From Candidatus Dormiibacter spiritus (GTDB lineage: Bacteria; Chloroflexota; Dormibacteria; Dormibacterales; Dormibacteraceae): DNA of 64,000 bases. Position numbers and translations under genes: made by a program. Of this stretch, positions 27,842 to 36,658 are shown one piece after another (position 1 is the stretch's first letter; the number at the start of each line of letters is the position of its first letter). The DNA is taken from contig QHBT01000010.1 in NCBI GenBank assembly GCA_003244185.1, positions 29,726 through 93,725 on the forward strand, given 5' to 3'. Below the pieces are notes generated by a model, which was not told the DNA's origin, searched no databases, and worked only from the letters and a program-made list of their open reading frames with translations.

Positions 27842-28582
27842 CTACCTCCCGGTCAGCCGCAGCAGCAGCGTGGTGCCCAGCCAGAAGATCGCCAGGGGCA
27901 CGAACACGATCAGCGGGGTGAAGGGGTCAGCGCCGGGCGTCATGACATTGGCGATCAACCCCAGCGCGACGAGCCAGTAGGCCCTGTGCTTCCACAGCCA
28001 GCGGGAGCTGATGATGCGCAGGAGGCCCAGCGTGTAGAGGACTACGGGCAGCTCGAAAACGACGCCGAAGGCGATCACGATGCCGAGGATGAAGCTGAGC
28101 AGTTCACTGGCTGTGATGAGCGGCGCCAGGCCCACGAAAGAGAAGCCAAACAGCACGTGAATGATTAGCGGCAGCGCGAAGAGGGCGAAGCCAACTCCGA
28201 GCAGGAAGAAGAAGGTGGTCGCGATGATCAGCGGCAGAATCAGCCGCTTCTCCTTCAGATGAAGCCCCGGGCTGACAAACCACCACAGCTGCTGGAAGAT
28301 CAGCGGTGAGGCGACGACTATGCCCATGTAGAGGGAGATCTTGAGCTTCAGCGTGAAGGGATCCGTGGGCGCCGTGAAGTAGACCTGATGCACGCCCGAG
28401 CGCTGGACGAGGAACTGGAAGGCCTGGCCCGAGAAGAAGAAGGCCACCAGAGTCAGCGCGACCCAGCCGATGATCGAGATGATCAGCGCCCGGCGCAGGT
28501 CCTCCAGGTGGGAGATGATCGACATGCGGGTTTCATCCGCAGTCTTCGGGCGCGACGAAGCGCTACGCGACAGTAGCGCCAT
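27842..28582 (-). CDS. tatC: twin-arginine translocase subunit TatC
   Basis: [15 protein letters not shown] start and a six-TM layout, adjacent to tatA. Confidence 0.9.
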   Translation of the reverse strand: MALLSRSASSRPKTADETRMSIISHLEDLRRALIISIIGWVALTLVAFFFSGQAFQFLVQRSGVHQVYFTAPTDPFTLKLKISLYMGIVVASPLIFQQLWWFVSPGLHLKEKRLILPLIIATTFFFLLGVGFALFALPLIIHVLFGFSFVGLAPLITASELLSFILGIVIAFGVVFELPVVLYTLGLLRIISSRWLWKHRAYWLVALGLIANVMTPGADPFTPLIVFVPLAIFWLGTTLLLRLTGR

Positions 28583-28592
28583 CAGACGCTGA

Positions 28593-28889
28593 CTAAGCCG
28601 ACTTCTCGGTTTCGGTCTTGGCGGGCTCTGGTGTGACCGGCGGGGTCACGGTGGTCGGGGCGGCGGGCGTCGAAGCCACCGCTTGAACGGGGGCAGCCGG
28701 AGCGACTGGTGGTGTCTCGGCGGCAGGCTCCGTCTTGACGTCGTTCATCATCTTCTCGGATTCCTTGCGGAACTCGCGCATGCCGCGGCCGACGGCACCA
28801 CCTATGTCGCCCAGCTTCCCGGGGCCAAAGACGACCAGCACGATGATGAGCAGGACGAGGAGAAAGCCAGGGTGGATCCCAAAGGGCAT
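28593..28889 (-). CDS. tatA: twin-arginine translocase subunit TatA/E
   Basis: TM helix, then FGPGKLGDIGGAVGRGMREFRK. GGAGG lies 8 nt upstream of the ATG. Confidence 0.9.
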   Translation of the reverse strand: MPFGIHPGFLLVLLIIVLVVFGPGKLGDIGGAVGRGMREFRKESEKMMNDVKTEPAAETPPVAPAAPVQAVASTPAAPTTVTPPVTPEPAKTETEKSA

Positions 28890-28907
28890 CTAAGTAACCT
28901 CCATGCG

Positions 28908-28913
28908 ATTATA
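28908..28913 (-). promoter_or_regulatory. perfect TATAAT -10 hexamer between the PPIase stop and tatA (possible internal promoter)
   Basis: The minus strand reads cgTATAATcgcatGGAGGttacttagATG. No good -35 element is seen. Confidence 0.3.
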
Positions 28914-28921
28914 CGAGTGCC

Positions 28922-29629
28922 TCAGGCCTTCTTCGGCTGTGAGGATTGGATCTTGATCTGGGTGATTCGGTCGGACGCATCCAGCTGTGATACGACTGAA
29001 AGGCCCGCACCGGACACAGTGGCGAATCGGTTGTAGACGGTCGTCGGCTCGCTGCCCGGCCAGGGTCCGCGGAGAATGAAGAATTGGGAGCCGCTCAGAC
29101 TCCCATCGGGAAAGCGAGCCATGCCCATGGCGCCCGGCGTCAGGTGCTCATCCTTGCCCAGGGGTTCGGGCGGCAGCGTGTAGCCAGGGCCGCCAGAACC
29201 GTTGGCCTGGGGATCTCCCGCCTGGACTATCCAGTCCTGGACAGCAAAGAAGTGCTGCCCGTTGAAGTAGCCGTTGACGGCCAGAATTATGAAGTTGTTG
29301 ACGGTGATCGGCGCCGACTTGCTGAAGGTCAGCTGGATGTCGCCCTTGCTGGTCGAGATGACTGCCGAATAGTCCTTCCTGGCGTCAATGCACATGGCGG
29401 GCGGCCCCGCAAACCGGCCCGGCGCCAGCTGCGTGGCCAGATGGCAGCTGGCGAATTCGGCCGGCGGCTTCACCTGCGCTGCCCAGTTGAGCCCGACACC
29501 GGCCGCGACCGTGAGGGCGATGACCACCAGCGCGATCGCCAGGGCAGCGGGCGCCCGCATGGGCAGGGGCGGCTCCTCGGGCGCCGCCTCAGGCGCCGGG
29601 GTGCGGCGTTGCTTTGTCACGGCCTCCAA
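28922..29629 (-). CDS. cyclophilin-type peptidyl-prolyl cis-trans isomerase, membrane-anchored. Alternative start ATG 29560.
   Basis: VNNFIILAVNGYFNGQHFF, GDPQANGSGGPGYTLPPE and GAMGMARF...SGSQFFI. N-terminal TM segment. Confidence 0.85.
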   Translation of the reverse strand: MEAVTKQRRTPAPEAAPEEPPLPMRAPAALAIALVVIALTVAAGVGLNWAAQVKPPAEFASCHLATQLAPGRFAGPPAMCIDARKDYSAVISTSKGDIQLTFSKSAPITVNNFIILAVNGYFNGQHFFAVQDWIVQAGDPQANGSGGPGYTLPPEPLGKDEHLTPGAMGMARFPDGSLSGSQFFILRGPWPGSEPTTVYNRFATVSGAGLSVVSQLDASDRITQIKIQSSQPKKA

Positions 29630-30518
29630 TGATGCCAGGCGTGGGGTCCCGAGCCCGGGACGACTGGTCGAGGCGAATCTCCTTCACCGGCGGCACCGGC
29701 CGCCCGAAAAGTATCTCCCCCACCTCGTGGAAGCGTCGAGGCACAGCCGTAACCCGCAGCTCGTGCACCGGCTGACCGGTGCCAGGCAGCGCTCGCATGC
29801 GGGCGTGGTCCAGGCGCCGCTCGACCATGGCGGCGGTCGTCTCGGCCGAGTCGACGAGCGCGAAGGCGCCGGGATAGACAGCCTGGATGGCTGGGCGCAG
29901 GAGGGGGTAGTGAGTACAACCGAGCACGAGCACGTCGGCGCCGAGATCCACAAACGGGGCCAGATCGCGCCGCAACGCCTCTTCTGCGCGCCCGCTTTCA
30001 GCGTCGCCCTCCTCGACTATCTGAACCAGCTCCGGGCACGCCTTCTGATAGACGCCGACCATCGGGTCCAGCTCCTTGATGGCGTGCAGGTACTCCTGCG
30101 ACAGTCGTGTGCCCTCGGTCGAGATCACGCCCACCAGCCCCTTGCGGGTGGCCTGAACCGCAGCCTGCGCGCCAGGGCTGATCACGCCCACCAGCGGCAC
30201 ATCGAACACCTCCCGGGCCTGGTTCAGCGCCGCCGCTGTGGCTGTGTTGCAGGCGATCACAATCAGCTTGACCTGGGCCTGCTGCAGGTGGCGGATGATC
30301 TCGAAGGCGAACTGCTTCACCTCTTCCTGGTAGCGCGGCCCATAGGGAAAGTGCTGCAGGTCGCCCACGTAGATGGTGCTCTCCAGCGGCAGCCGCTCCT
30401 GGATGGCCCGCAGCACCGTGAGACCACCCACGCCTGAGTCGAAGACTCCGATCGGACGGCTGTCTCCGGCAGCCGGCCGCCCACCTCGGGCGCGATCGGC
30501 CGAGATAGCCTGCCTCAG
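29589..30518 (-). CDS. murI: glutamate racemase. The conserved N-terminus requires a start upstream of track GTG 30431; CTG 30518, overlapping the upstream TGA, is proposed.
   Basis: In-frame upstream sequence encodes ...SRPIGVFDSGVGGLTVL. The track ORF begins only at GGLTVL. Also IACNTA and GCTHYP motifs. Confidence 0.85.
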   Translation of the reverse strand: MRQAISADRARGGRPAAGDSRPIGVFDSGVGGLTVLRAIQERLPLESTIYVGDLQHFPYGPRYQEEVKQFAFEIIRHLQQAQVKLIVIACNTATAAALNQAREVFDVPLVGVISPGAQAAVQATRKGLVGVISTEGTRLSQEYLHAIKELDPMVGVYQKACPELVQIVEEGDAESGRAEEALRRDLAPFVDLGADVLVLGCTHYPLLRPAIQAVYPGAFALVDSAETTAAMVERRLDHARMRALPGTGQPVHELRVTAVPRRFHEVGEILFGRPVPPVKEIRLDQSSRARDPTPGIIGGRDKATPHPGA

Positions 30519-30829
30519 CGCCCGGGCGGGGCGAAGCCCACGCGCCGCGCTTCTCGCTCCACCTTCCTGGGCTTGCGCAGGAGCAGGACGTGCCGCTCGC
30601 CTGCCGGATAGACACCTGCCAGCTCCCAGCTGTCCTCGGCTGCCGCAGCGAGCTTCGCCACCAGGGTCTCGCCGTCGATCATCTCAGCCGGCGTCAGCAG
30701 ATCGGTCCTGTAATGCCAGTTCCGGCCGCCCTCCCCGTCCGTAACCGTGGGCACTGGCAGGCTGAGGGCGGGTCCGGCGGCGTCAGGCTCCTGGTCCGGC
30801 TCGGGCTCTTCCTCGTATCGCTCGCGCAT
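30515..30829 (-). CDS. hypothetical protein, acidic N-terminus; possibly DUF4177-like
   Basis: 104-aa ORF. The W-x-Y...DSWELAGVYP...LLLRKP pattern is reminiscent of DUF4177, but that assignment is from memory only. Confidence 0.45.
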   Translation of the reverse strand: MRERYEEEPEPDQEPDAAGPALSLPVPTVTDGEGGRNWHYRTDLLTPAEMIDGETLVAKLAAAAEDSWELAGVYPAGERHVLLLRKPRKVEREARRVGFAPPGR

Positions 30830-30877
30830 CCTTTGTAGATGTTAGGGCGGTCACGCCAACGCCGGGCGCTGCCCATT

Positions 30878-30962
30878 GTGCGGGTGGTGGGGATCGAACC
30901 CACACGCCTTTTCAGGCACGGCTTTTTAAGAGCTGCGCGTCTACCGGTTCCGCCACACCCGC
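30878..30962 (-). tRNA. tRNA-Leu (anticodon UAA), no encoded CCA
   Basis: Reverse complement GCGGGTGTGGCGGAACCGGTAGACGCGCAGCTCTTAAAAAGCCGTGCCTGAAAAGGCGTGTGGGTTCGATCCCCACCACCCGCA. 85 nt with a long variable arm. One A-C mismatch in the anticodon stem. Confidence 0.9.
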
Positions 30963-30989
30963 GTGTGCCGGTGGACCGTAAACAGTCCA

Positions 30990-31871
30990 CTACTGGTCGT
31001 AATCGTAGAAGCCACGGCCCGTCTTGCGGCCCAATTCTCGCCGCTCCACCTTGTCCTTCAGGATCTTCGGCGCGCCCGGGCCGCCCTCCAGCCGCGCCCG
31101 GTCCTCCAGCCCGCCATAGAAGACGTCCAGGCCACTGAAGTCGAGCAGCTCGAAAGGACCCATCGGCCAGTTCAAGCCCTTCTTGACGGCCGTGTCGATG
31201 TCCTCCACGCTCGCATAGCCGCCCTCGAGAAGATTCATGGCTTCCTCGGCGGCGGCGAAGAGGATGCGATTGACTATGAAGCCGTGCACCTCCTTGTTGA
31301 TCAGCACTGGCACCCGGTCGATCGAGCGCACGAATTCCATGGCGCGCCGGATGGTCTCATCGCTGGTGACAGGTCCCTTGACGACCTCGCACAGCTGCAT
31401 GACAGTGACGGGGTGAAAAAAGTGGAGGTTGCAGCACCGCTCGGGAGTGGCGACCTCCGAGGCCAAGCGCGAGATCGCGATGGTGCTGGAATTGGTTGCC
31501 AGGAGCGCGTCTCGGGCTGCTCGCTCGCCCAGCTGACGCCAGAGGTCTTGCTTGGCGCCGAGGTCCTCGATGATTGCCTCGATCACGAACTGCGCCTGCT
31601 CCACCGGCCCCAGATCCGCTGAGAACTCGAGAGCGGCCAGCGCCCGGTCGGCCCCCTCCTGACTGAGCCTGCCCTTGTCCACGGAACGAGCGGAGAGCTT
31701 CTGAGATTGAGCTCGGGCCCGCTCGAGCTGTTCGGGCACGCTGTCCACCAGGGTCACCGCGTAGCGACCGCTGTAGGCGGTCTGCAGCGCTATCTGCGAG
31801 CCCATCGTGCCGGCCCCCACGATCACCACCCGCTGTGCGCCCGCGGTCTCAGCAGTCAGGCTTTGCCCCAT
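30990..31871 (-). CDS. 3-hydroxyacyl-CoA (3-hydroxybutyryl-CoA) dehydrogenase. Start ATG 31871.
   Basis: VVIVGAGTMGSQIA Rossmann motif, HFFHPV, GFIVNR, and C-terminal GRKTGRGFYDY. GAGGAG lies just upstream of the ATG. Confidence 0.9.
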   Translation of the reverse strand: MGQSLTAETAGAQRVVIVGAGTMGSQIALQTAYSGRYAVTLVDSVPEQLERARAQSQKLSARSVDKGRLSQEGADRALAALEFSADLGPVEQAQFVIEAIIEDLGAKQDLWRQLGERAARDALLATNSSTIAISRLASEVATPERCCNLHFFHPVTVMQLCEVVKGPVTSDETIRRAMEFVRSIDRVPVLINKEVHGFIVNRILFAAAEEAMNLLEGGYASVEDIDTAVKKGLNWPMGPFELLDFSGLDVFYGGLEDRARLEGGPGAPKILKDKVERRELGRKTGRGFYDYDQ

Positions 31872-31883
31872 TCTTCTCCTCAG

Positions 31884-32198
31884 ATGTTCCCGGTCAGCAG
31901 GGAGCGCTTCGAAGCGGCGGTGATGCAGGCGATCGAAGCGATCCCGGCCGAATTTCAGCCGTACCTGGAGGATATCCACTTCCTGGTGGCTGACGATTCC
32001 GGCCTGCGCCTCTTCGGGCTGTACGAGGGCGCCGGAGTGCTGGCCGAGACTAACCTGCCCCCGCGCATCACACTGTTCAAGGACACGCACGAGCACTTCG
32101 CCGAGAGCTGGCAGGAGCTGGAGACGCAGGTCCGGCGCACGCTGGAGCACGAGATCGGGCATCACTTCCAAATGGGAGAGCAGGAGCTGCCTCACTGA
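31884..32198 (+). CDS. small zincin-like metallopeptidase-family protein (DUF1025-like). Start ATG 31884.
   Basis: FEAAVMQAIEAIPAEFQPYLEDIHFLV and the HExxH-type motif LEHEIGHHF. 104 aa. Confidence 0.65.
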   Translation: MFPVSRERFEAAVMQAIEAIPAEFQPYLEDIHFLVADDSGLRLFGLYEGAGVLAETNLPPRITLFKDTHEHFAESWQELETQVRRTLEHEIGHHFQMGEQELPH

Positions 32199-32300
32199 GG
32201 GAGATCAGAGCCGACGATCTGCGCGGGTCCAGGCGAGTTCACACGAGCGGCCGCCTGCCTCCCTGGCGGATATAGCGGACGGTAGAATCCCCTGCTGGCC

Positions 32301-32374
<74 letters not shown>

Positions 32375-32402
32375 CTCTGGACAGCTTTTGGAGGAATTTC
32401 AG

Positions 32403-33776
32403 TTGGCCGACACGCCGATCAAGATGCCGCAGCTCGGCGAGTCTGTGACCGAGGGCACAGTCGACAAGTGGCTCAAACAGGAGGGCGACTACATCAAGCG
32501 GGATGAGCCGCTGGTGGAAGTGGTCACTGACAAGGTCAACGCCGAGATCCCCTCCCCCTTCGAGGGCCGCCTCGTTCAGATAGCTGTGAGAGAGGGCACG
32601 ACTGTCCCCATAGGCACTGTGCTGGCCCAGATGGAAGTCGCCGGCGCCGCGCCCGAAGCACAGGTCGCCGCCGAACAAGCGCAGCCACAGCAGCCGCGGG
32701 ATGCTGACCTCAGCACGGCTGCCGCCCAAGCCACAGCGGAGGCGACAGTGGTCGAAAGCGCAGGCGGCCCGTCTGGCGCAGCCGCCGCCGCCACGCCCAC
32801 AGCGGCCCCCGCGGACAGTGACGGCGTCGCTCGGGCCCGATTCAGCCCAGCGGTGCGCCGCCTGGCGGAGGAGCATCGGCTCGATCCGAGCTTTATCCAA
32901 GGCAGCGGCCTGGGCGGCCGGGTAACTCGGGACGATGTGCTCGCCCACGTCGCGAAGCAGGCAGGGGAGCCCACCTCAACCGGACCCACGGCGGCCGAGC
33001 CCCAGGCTCCAGCCGCCCGAACCGAGCCTCTCCAGCCCGCGCCGCCAGAGGCCGGCACTCCGGCAGCCGCGGGCGAGGCCCCCGAGGAGCTGGTCCGAAT
33101 CAGCGCCATGCGCCGCTCGATCGCTGAGCATATGACCCGCAGCCTCGCCACCAGTCCCCACGCCTGGACCTTGCAGGAGATCGACATGACTGAGCTGGTC
33201 CGCTACCGCGAGGCGGAGAAGTCGGGCTTCGCCCAGCGCAACGGGACCCCTCTCACCTACCTCCCCTTCGTGATCCAGGTGCTGGGCGACGCTCTTCACG
33301 AATTTCCGCTCCTCAACTCCAGCTGGACCGATGACGGGATTCTCCTCAAGCGGTACATCAACGTCGGGCTGGCGGTCGCCATCCCTGACGGCCTGATCGT
33401 CCCCGTCATCCACAACGCCGACCGCCTGGGGTTCAGCGATCTCGCTCGGGCTGCGGGCGATCTCGTCCAGCGGGCGCGCAGCCGGCAGCTCCGGCCCGAG
33501 GACGTGCAGGGCGGCACTTTCACCTTGAACAACACAGGCCCGACCGGCTCGGTGGCGAGCCAGCCAATCCTGAATCAACCGCAGGCGGCCATCCTGACCA
33601 CCGAGTCGATAGTGAAGCGGCCGGTGATCATCGGCGAGGGCATCGCCGTGCGGCACATGATGAACATGTGCCTCTCGTTCGATCACCGGGTCATCGACGG
33701 CAAGCTCGCCGGCGATTTCCTGGGCCTGATCAAGTCCAGGCTGGAGGGCTGGACGCCCGCGGCAATCCGTATCTAG
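32403..33776 (+). CDS. 2-oxoacid dehydrogenase E2 component (dihydrolipoamide acyltransferase). TTG 32403 is preferred over the track TTG 32388.
   Basis: Lipoyl domain (PQLGESVTEGTV...VVTDKVNAEIPSP), Ala/Pro linker, E3-binding region, and a catalytic domain ending SFDHRVIDG. GGAGGA lies 7 nt upstream of 32403. Confidence 0.9.
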   Translation: MADTPIKMPQLGESVTEGTVDKWLKQEGDYIKRDEPLVEVVTDKVNAEIPSPFEGRLVQIAVREGTTVPIGTVLAQMEVAGAAPEAQVAAEQAQPQQPRDADLSTAAAQATAEATVVESAGGPSGAAAAATPTAAPADSDGVARARFSPAVRRLAEEHRLDPSFIQGSGLGGRVTRDDVLAHVAKQAGEPTSTGPTAAEPQAPAARTEPLQPAPPEAGTPAAAGEAPEELVRISAMRRSIAEHMTRSLATSPHAWTLQEIDMTELVRYREAEKSGFAQRNGTPLTYLPFVIQVLGDALHEFPLLNSSWTDDGILLKRYINVGLAVAIPDGLIVPVIHNADRLGFSDLARAAGDLVQRARSRQLRPEDVQGGTFTLNNTGPTGSVASQPILNQPQAAILTTESIVKRPVIIGEGIAVRHMMNMCLSFDHRVIDGKLAGDFLGLIKSRLEGWTPAAIRI

Positions 33777-33790
33777 TTGACTGAGGACCA

Positions 33791-34684
33791 ATGACGGAGA
33801 CCATTCAACCGGCGCGGCGACTCCCCGACTGGCTGCGCGTGCGCGTCCATGAGGGTGAGAACTACAAGCAGCTGAAGCAGCTGGTCAAGGACAAGCGATT
33901 GCACACTGTCTGCGAGGAGGCCCGCTGCCCGAACATCTTCGACTGCTGGAACCGGCGCAGCGCCACCTTCATGATCCTGGGGGACACGTGTACCCGAGCG
34001 TGTCGCTTCTGCGCAGTCACCTCCGGCCGGCCCGCCGAGTTCGATCTTGGCGAGCCCGTGCGCGTGGCCGAATCGATAGCTCAGCTGGGGCTGCGCCACG
34101 CGGTCATCACCTCTGTCGATCGGGATGATCTGCGCGACGGCGGTGCGGATACGTTCGCACGAACCATCCGGGCGGTCCGCCGCCTCAGTCCACAGACGTC
34201 GATCGAGGTCCTGACCCCCGACTTTCAGGGCGAGCCTGAGGCGATCCGAGTCGTCGCGCAGGCGCGGCCTGAGATCTTCAACCACAACACCGAGACCGTG
34301 CCGCGCCTCTACGCCAGGATTCGTCCCAAGGCCGTCTACGAACGCAGCCTCCAGCTCCTCCAGACTGTGAAGCGGCTCCAGCCCGACCTGGTCACCAAGT
34401 CGGGCGTCATGGTGGGCTTGGGTGAGGAGAAGGAGGAGCTGCTCCAGGTTTTCCGCGATATGCGGGCCCACGACATCGACGTGCTGACAGTCGGACAGTA
34501 TCTGCGACCAACTCCCAAGCACGCAGCGGTGGTCCGCTACTACGAGCCGAGAGAGTTCCTGGAGCTGAAAGAGGAGGCACTTGCCCTGGGCTTCGAGCAC
34601 GTGGAATCAGGAGCCCTCGTGCGATCTTCCTATCACGCTGATGAGCAGATCCCAGCCCGTCGTAAGAGCCTGCTGGCTGGGTAG
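33791..34684 (+). CDS. lipA: lipoyl synthase
   Basis: CEEARCPNIFDC auxiliary cluster motif and radical-SAM CTRACRFC. Confidence 0.95.
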   Translation: MTETIQPARRLPDWLRVRVHEGENYKQLKQLVKDKRLHTVCEEARCPNIFDCWNRRSATFMILGDTCTRACRFCAVTSGRPAEFDLGEPVRVAESIAQLGLRHAVITSVDRDDLRDGGADTFARTIRAVRRLSPQTSIEVLTPDFQGEPEAIRVVAQARPEIFNHNTETVPRLYARIRPKAVYERSLQLLQTVKRLQPDLVTKSGVMVGLGEEKEELLQVFRDMRAHDIDVLTVGQYLRPTPKHAAVVRYYEPREFLELKEEALALGFEHVESGALVRSSYHADEQIPARRKSLLAG

Positions 34685-35405
34685 CGTCCCCTACCGGGGC
34701 GCCTGGAACCTCCAGCGCGCCCTAGTCGAGGGAGTCAAGGCCGGCCGGGAGCCTGACACCCTGCTGCTGCTCGAGCATCCGGCTGTCTTCACGATCGGCC
34801 GGCGGGGCGACGGCTCAACCTTGCTCTGGACCGCAGAGGAGTGCGCCAGGCGCGGAGTCGAGGTGGTCTGGAGCGACCGTGGCGGCGACGCCACCTACCA
34901 TGGGCCCGGCCAACTGGTCGGCTATCCCATCCTGAACCTGCCGGGTCTGGGAAGCGACATTCTGCGCCACATCCGTGGGCTGGAGCGGAGCCTGATGGCG
35001 TATTTGGCGAGCCTCGGCATTGCGTCAGAACCCGGCGGCAGGGGTCTCACAGGCGTTTGGTCGCGGGGGTCGGCGCTGCCGAGCCCGGGCAAGGTCGCAG
35101 CCATCGGCGTGAAGCTGAATCAGCGGGTGATCAGCCATGGCTTCGCCCTCAATCTGACCAGCGATCTCAATACGTTCAACGCAGGCATAGTGCCCTGTGG
35201 CTTGAGCGGCAAGCGCGCCACCTCGGTGCTCGAGCTTCGCGGCCCCCGACTTTCCGTTCAGGAAGCCGCCTGCGGCTACGCGCCGTTCTTTGCAGCGGAG
35301 TTCGGGGTTTCACTCCACTGGTCAGCCCCCGACACACTGCCCGAGCCGGTCGCAGGGCAGCTGACGTCATCTCCAGAACCGCTGGCGGTGCTTAGAGACC
35401 GGTAG
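34641..35405 (+). CDS. lipB: lipoyl(octanoyl) transferase. Start ATG 34641, overlapping the lipA 3' end.
   Basis: LLLLEHPAVFTIGRRG, RGGDATYHGPGQLVGYPIL and AAIGVKL motifs. Confidence 0.9.
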   Translation: MSRSQPVVRACWLGSVPYRGAWNLQRALVEGVKAGREPDTLLLLEHPAVFTIGRRGDGSTLLWTAEECARRGVEVVWSDRGGDATYHGPGQLVGYPILNLPGLGSDILRHIRGLERSLMAYLASLGIASEPGGRGLTGVWSRGSALPSPGKVAAIGVKLNQRVISHGFALNLTSDLNTFNAGIVPCGLSGKRATSVLELRGPRLSVQEAACGYAPFFAAEFGVSLHWSAPDTLPEPVAGQLTSSPEPLAVLRDR

Positions 35406-35431
35406 CCTGTTTACACAGCGTCTTCACACCG

Positions 35432-35460
35432 TTGGCGCACAGGCGCCCCACTTTTATGAT
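35432..35460 (+). promoter_or_regulatory. promoter candidate for dedA (near-leaderless)
   Basis: TTGGCG (35432-35437), 17-nt spacer, TATGAT (35455-35460). The ATG at 35470 is only 9 nt past the -10, with no SD. Confidence 0.4.
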
Positions 35461-35469
35461 CGCGGCAAC

Positions 35470-36186
35470 ATGCTCAGCCAACCTCTAGCGTCGCTGTCTG
35501 CGGCGCTGCTCGTGATGGCGTGGAACTTGCCTCGCTGGCTGCAGATGCCCGGCACCTTCCGGCCCCTCCAGCGAGCGGTTCTCCACTTCATCAACGAGCA
35601 CACGGCGGTCGGCCTCTACCTAGTGGTCTTCGCGGAGGAACTGGGCATCCCGCTGCCGGTGCCAGGCGACGTCGCCATAGCCTGGGGCGGCTATTTGACG
35701 ACGACAGGAAACATGGCCTTCCCGCTTGCCTTTCTGGCGGTGGTCACCGGCGCCGTGACCGGCAGCTTCTGCCTCTATCAGCTGAGCCGACGCTTCGGTC
35801 GGCCTTTCATCCTGCGGGTGTTCAAGCTCCTGGGAATGGATGCTGACCGGCTGGATCGGGCGGAGAAGGCCTTCTCACGCTGGGGCCCATGGGCGATCAT
35901 CTTGGGCCGGCACATTCCCGGCCTGCGCATAGTGCTCTCGGCGTTTGCCGGCATCGTGGAAGTCCCGCCGGTGACCTTCGTGCTGTCAGTCCTGGTGTCG
36001 TCCCTGGCCTGGGCGACTATCTTTCTCCTGCTCGGTAGGCTGCTAGGGCGCCGGGTCGTGCTGCTCTTTCGCCTCCTTCCGGCGCAGCTGGTGCCACTCG
36101 CATTGCTGCTGATAGTGCTGGTCGCGGTCACTTACACTGCGCACGAGCGCGGTCTGTTGCGGCGCGCCGCGAGACGCTGGAGCTGA
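35470..36186 (+). CDS. DedA family (SNARE-associated/VTT domain) membrane protein
   Basis: YLVVFAEELGIPLPVPGDVAIAWGG, FGRPF and RHIPGLR segments are typical of DedA. Confidence 0.85.
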   Translation: MLSQPLASLSAALLVMAWNLPRWLQMPGTFRPLQRAVLHFINEHTAVGLYLVVFAEELGIPLPVPGDVAIAWGGYLTTTGNMAFPLAFLAVVTGAVTGSFCLYQLSRRFGRPFILRVFKLLGMDADRLDRAEKAFSRWGPWAIILGRHIPGLRIVLSAFAGIVEVPPVTFVLSVLVSSLAWATIFLLLGRLLGRRVVLLFRLLPAQLVPLALLLIVLVAVTYTAHERGLLRRAARRWS

Positions 36187-36254
36187 TCCCAACCCTGCTT
36201 TGAATCTGCCTATTCATAGTTTGGGTAGAGGCCAAATGTGATATCATCCATGTC

Positions 36255-36557
36255 ATGTCGAAGTCAGAGAAGATGGAGCTTGTACCGCTCGATTCAGTAG
36301 CCACCGAGACCGATATCGAGATCCTGCCGGACTTTCCCGCCCAGGTGGACGGACGAGAGGTCTGGGTCACCGCTGTTCTGGAGCGGACAGCCGTTATCGA
36401 GCCCGCCCCCGGAGAGCCGAAGTTGCTGGTCAACCGGCATCGCTGCCTGGTTGATCCCAAGCGCTTGCGCTTTGGCGTCCTGGCGGCTCGTCACGCTGCG
36501 AAGCGGGGCCGCGAAGCCGCACGGCGGAATCGTGCCGCGGGGAAAAGCGCAGCCTGA
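36255..36557 (+). CDS. small hypothetical protein, paralog A of a tandem pair
   Basis: 100-aa ORF whose core (ELVPLDSV...VWVTAVLERTAVIEP...CLV) is similar to the next ORF. Followed by a strong terminator. Confidence 0.55.
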   Translation: MSKSEKMELVPLDSVATETDIEILPDFPAQVDGREVWVTAVLERTAVIEPAPGEPKLLVNRHRCLVDPKRLRFGVLAARHAAKRGREAARRNRAAGKSAA

Positions 36558-36608
36558 AAGGCGAAGTGTAGAACTGAGTTGCAGAGGGCTTTTGGTACAC
36601 TCAGCCAG

Positions 36609-36639
36609 CGCCGGTCCGGACGGACCGGCGTTCTTTTTT
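36609..36639 (+). terminator. rho-independent terminator between the two small paralogs
   Basis: Perfect inverted repeat cgccggtccg / cggaccggcg (36609-36630), followed by TTCTTTTTT. Confidence 0.75.
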
Positions 36640-36658
36640 GGGTAGCCGGAGGTCCCGC

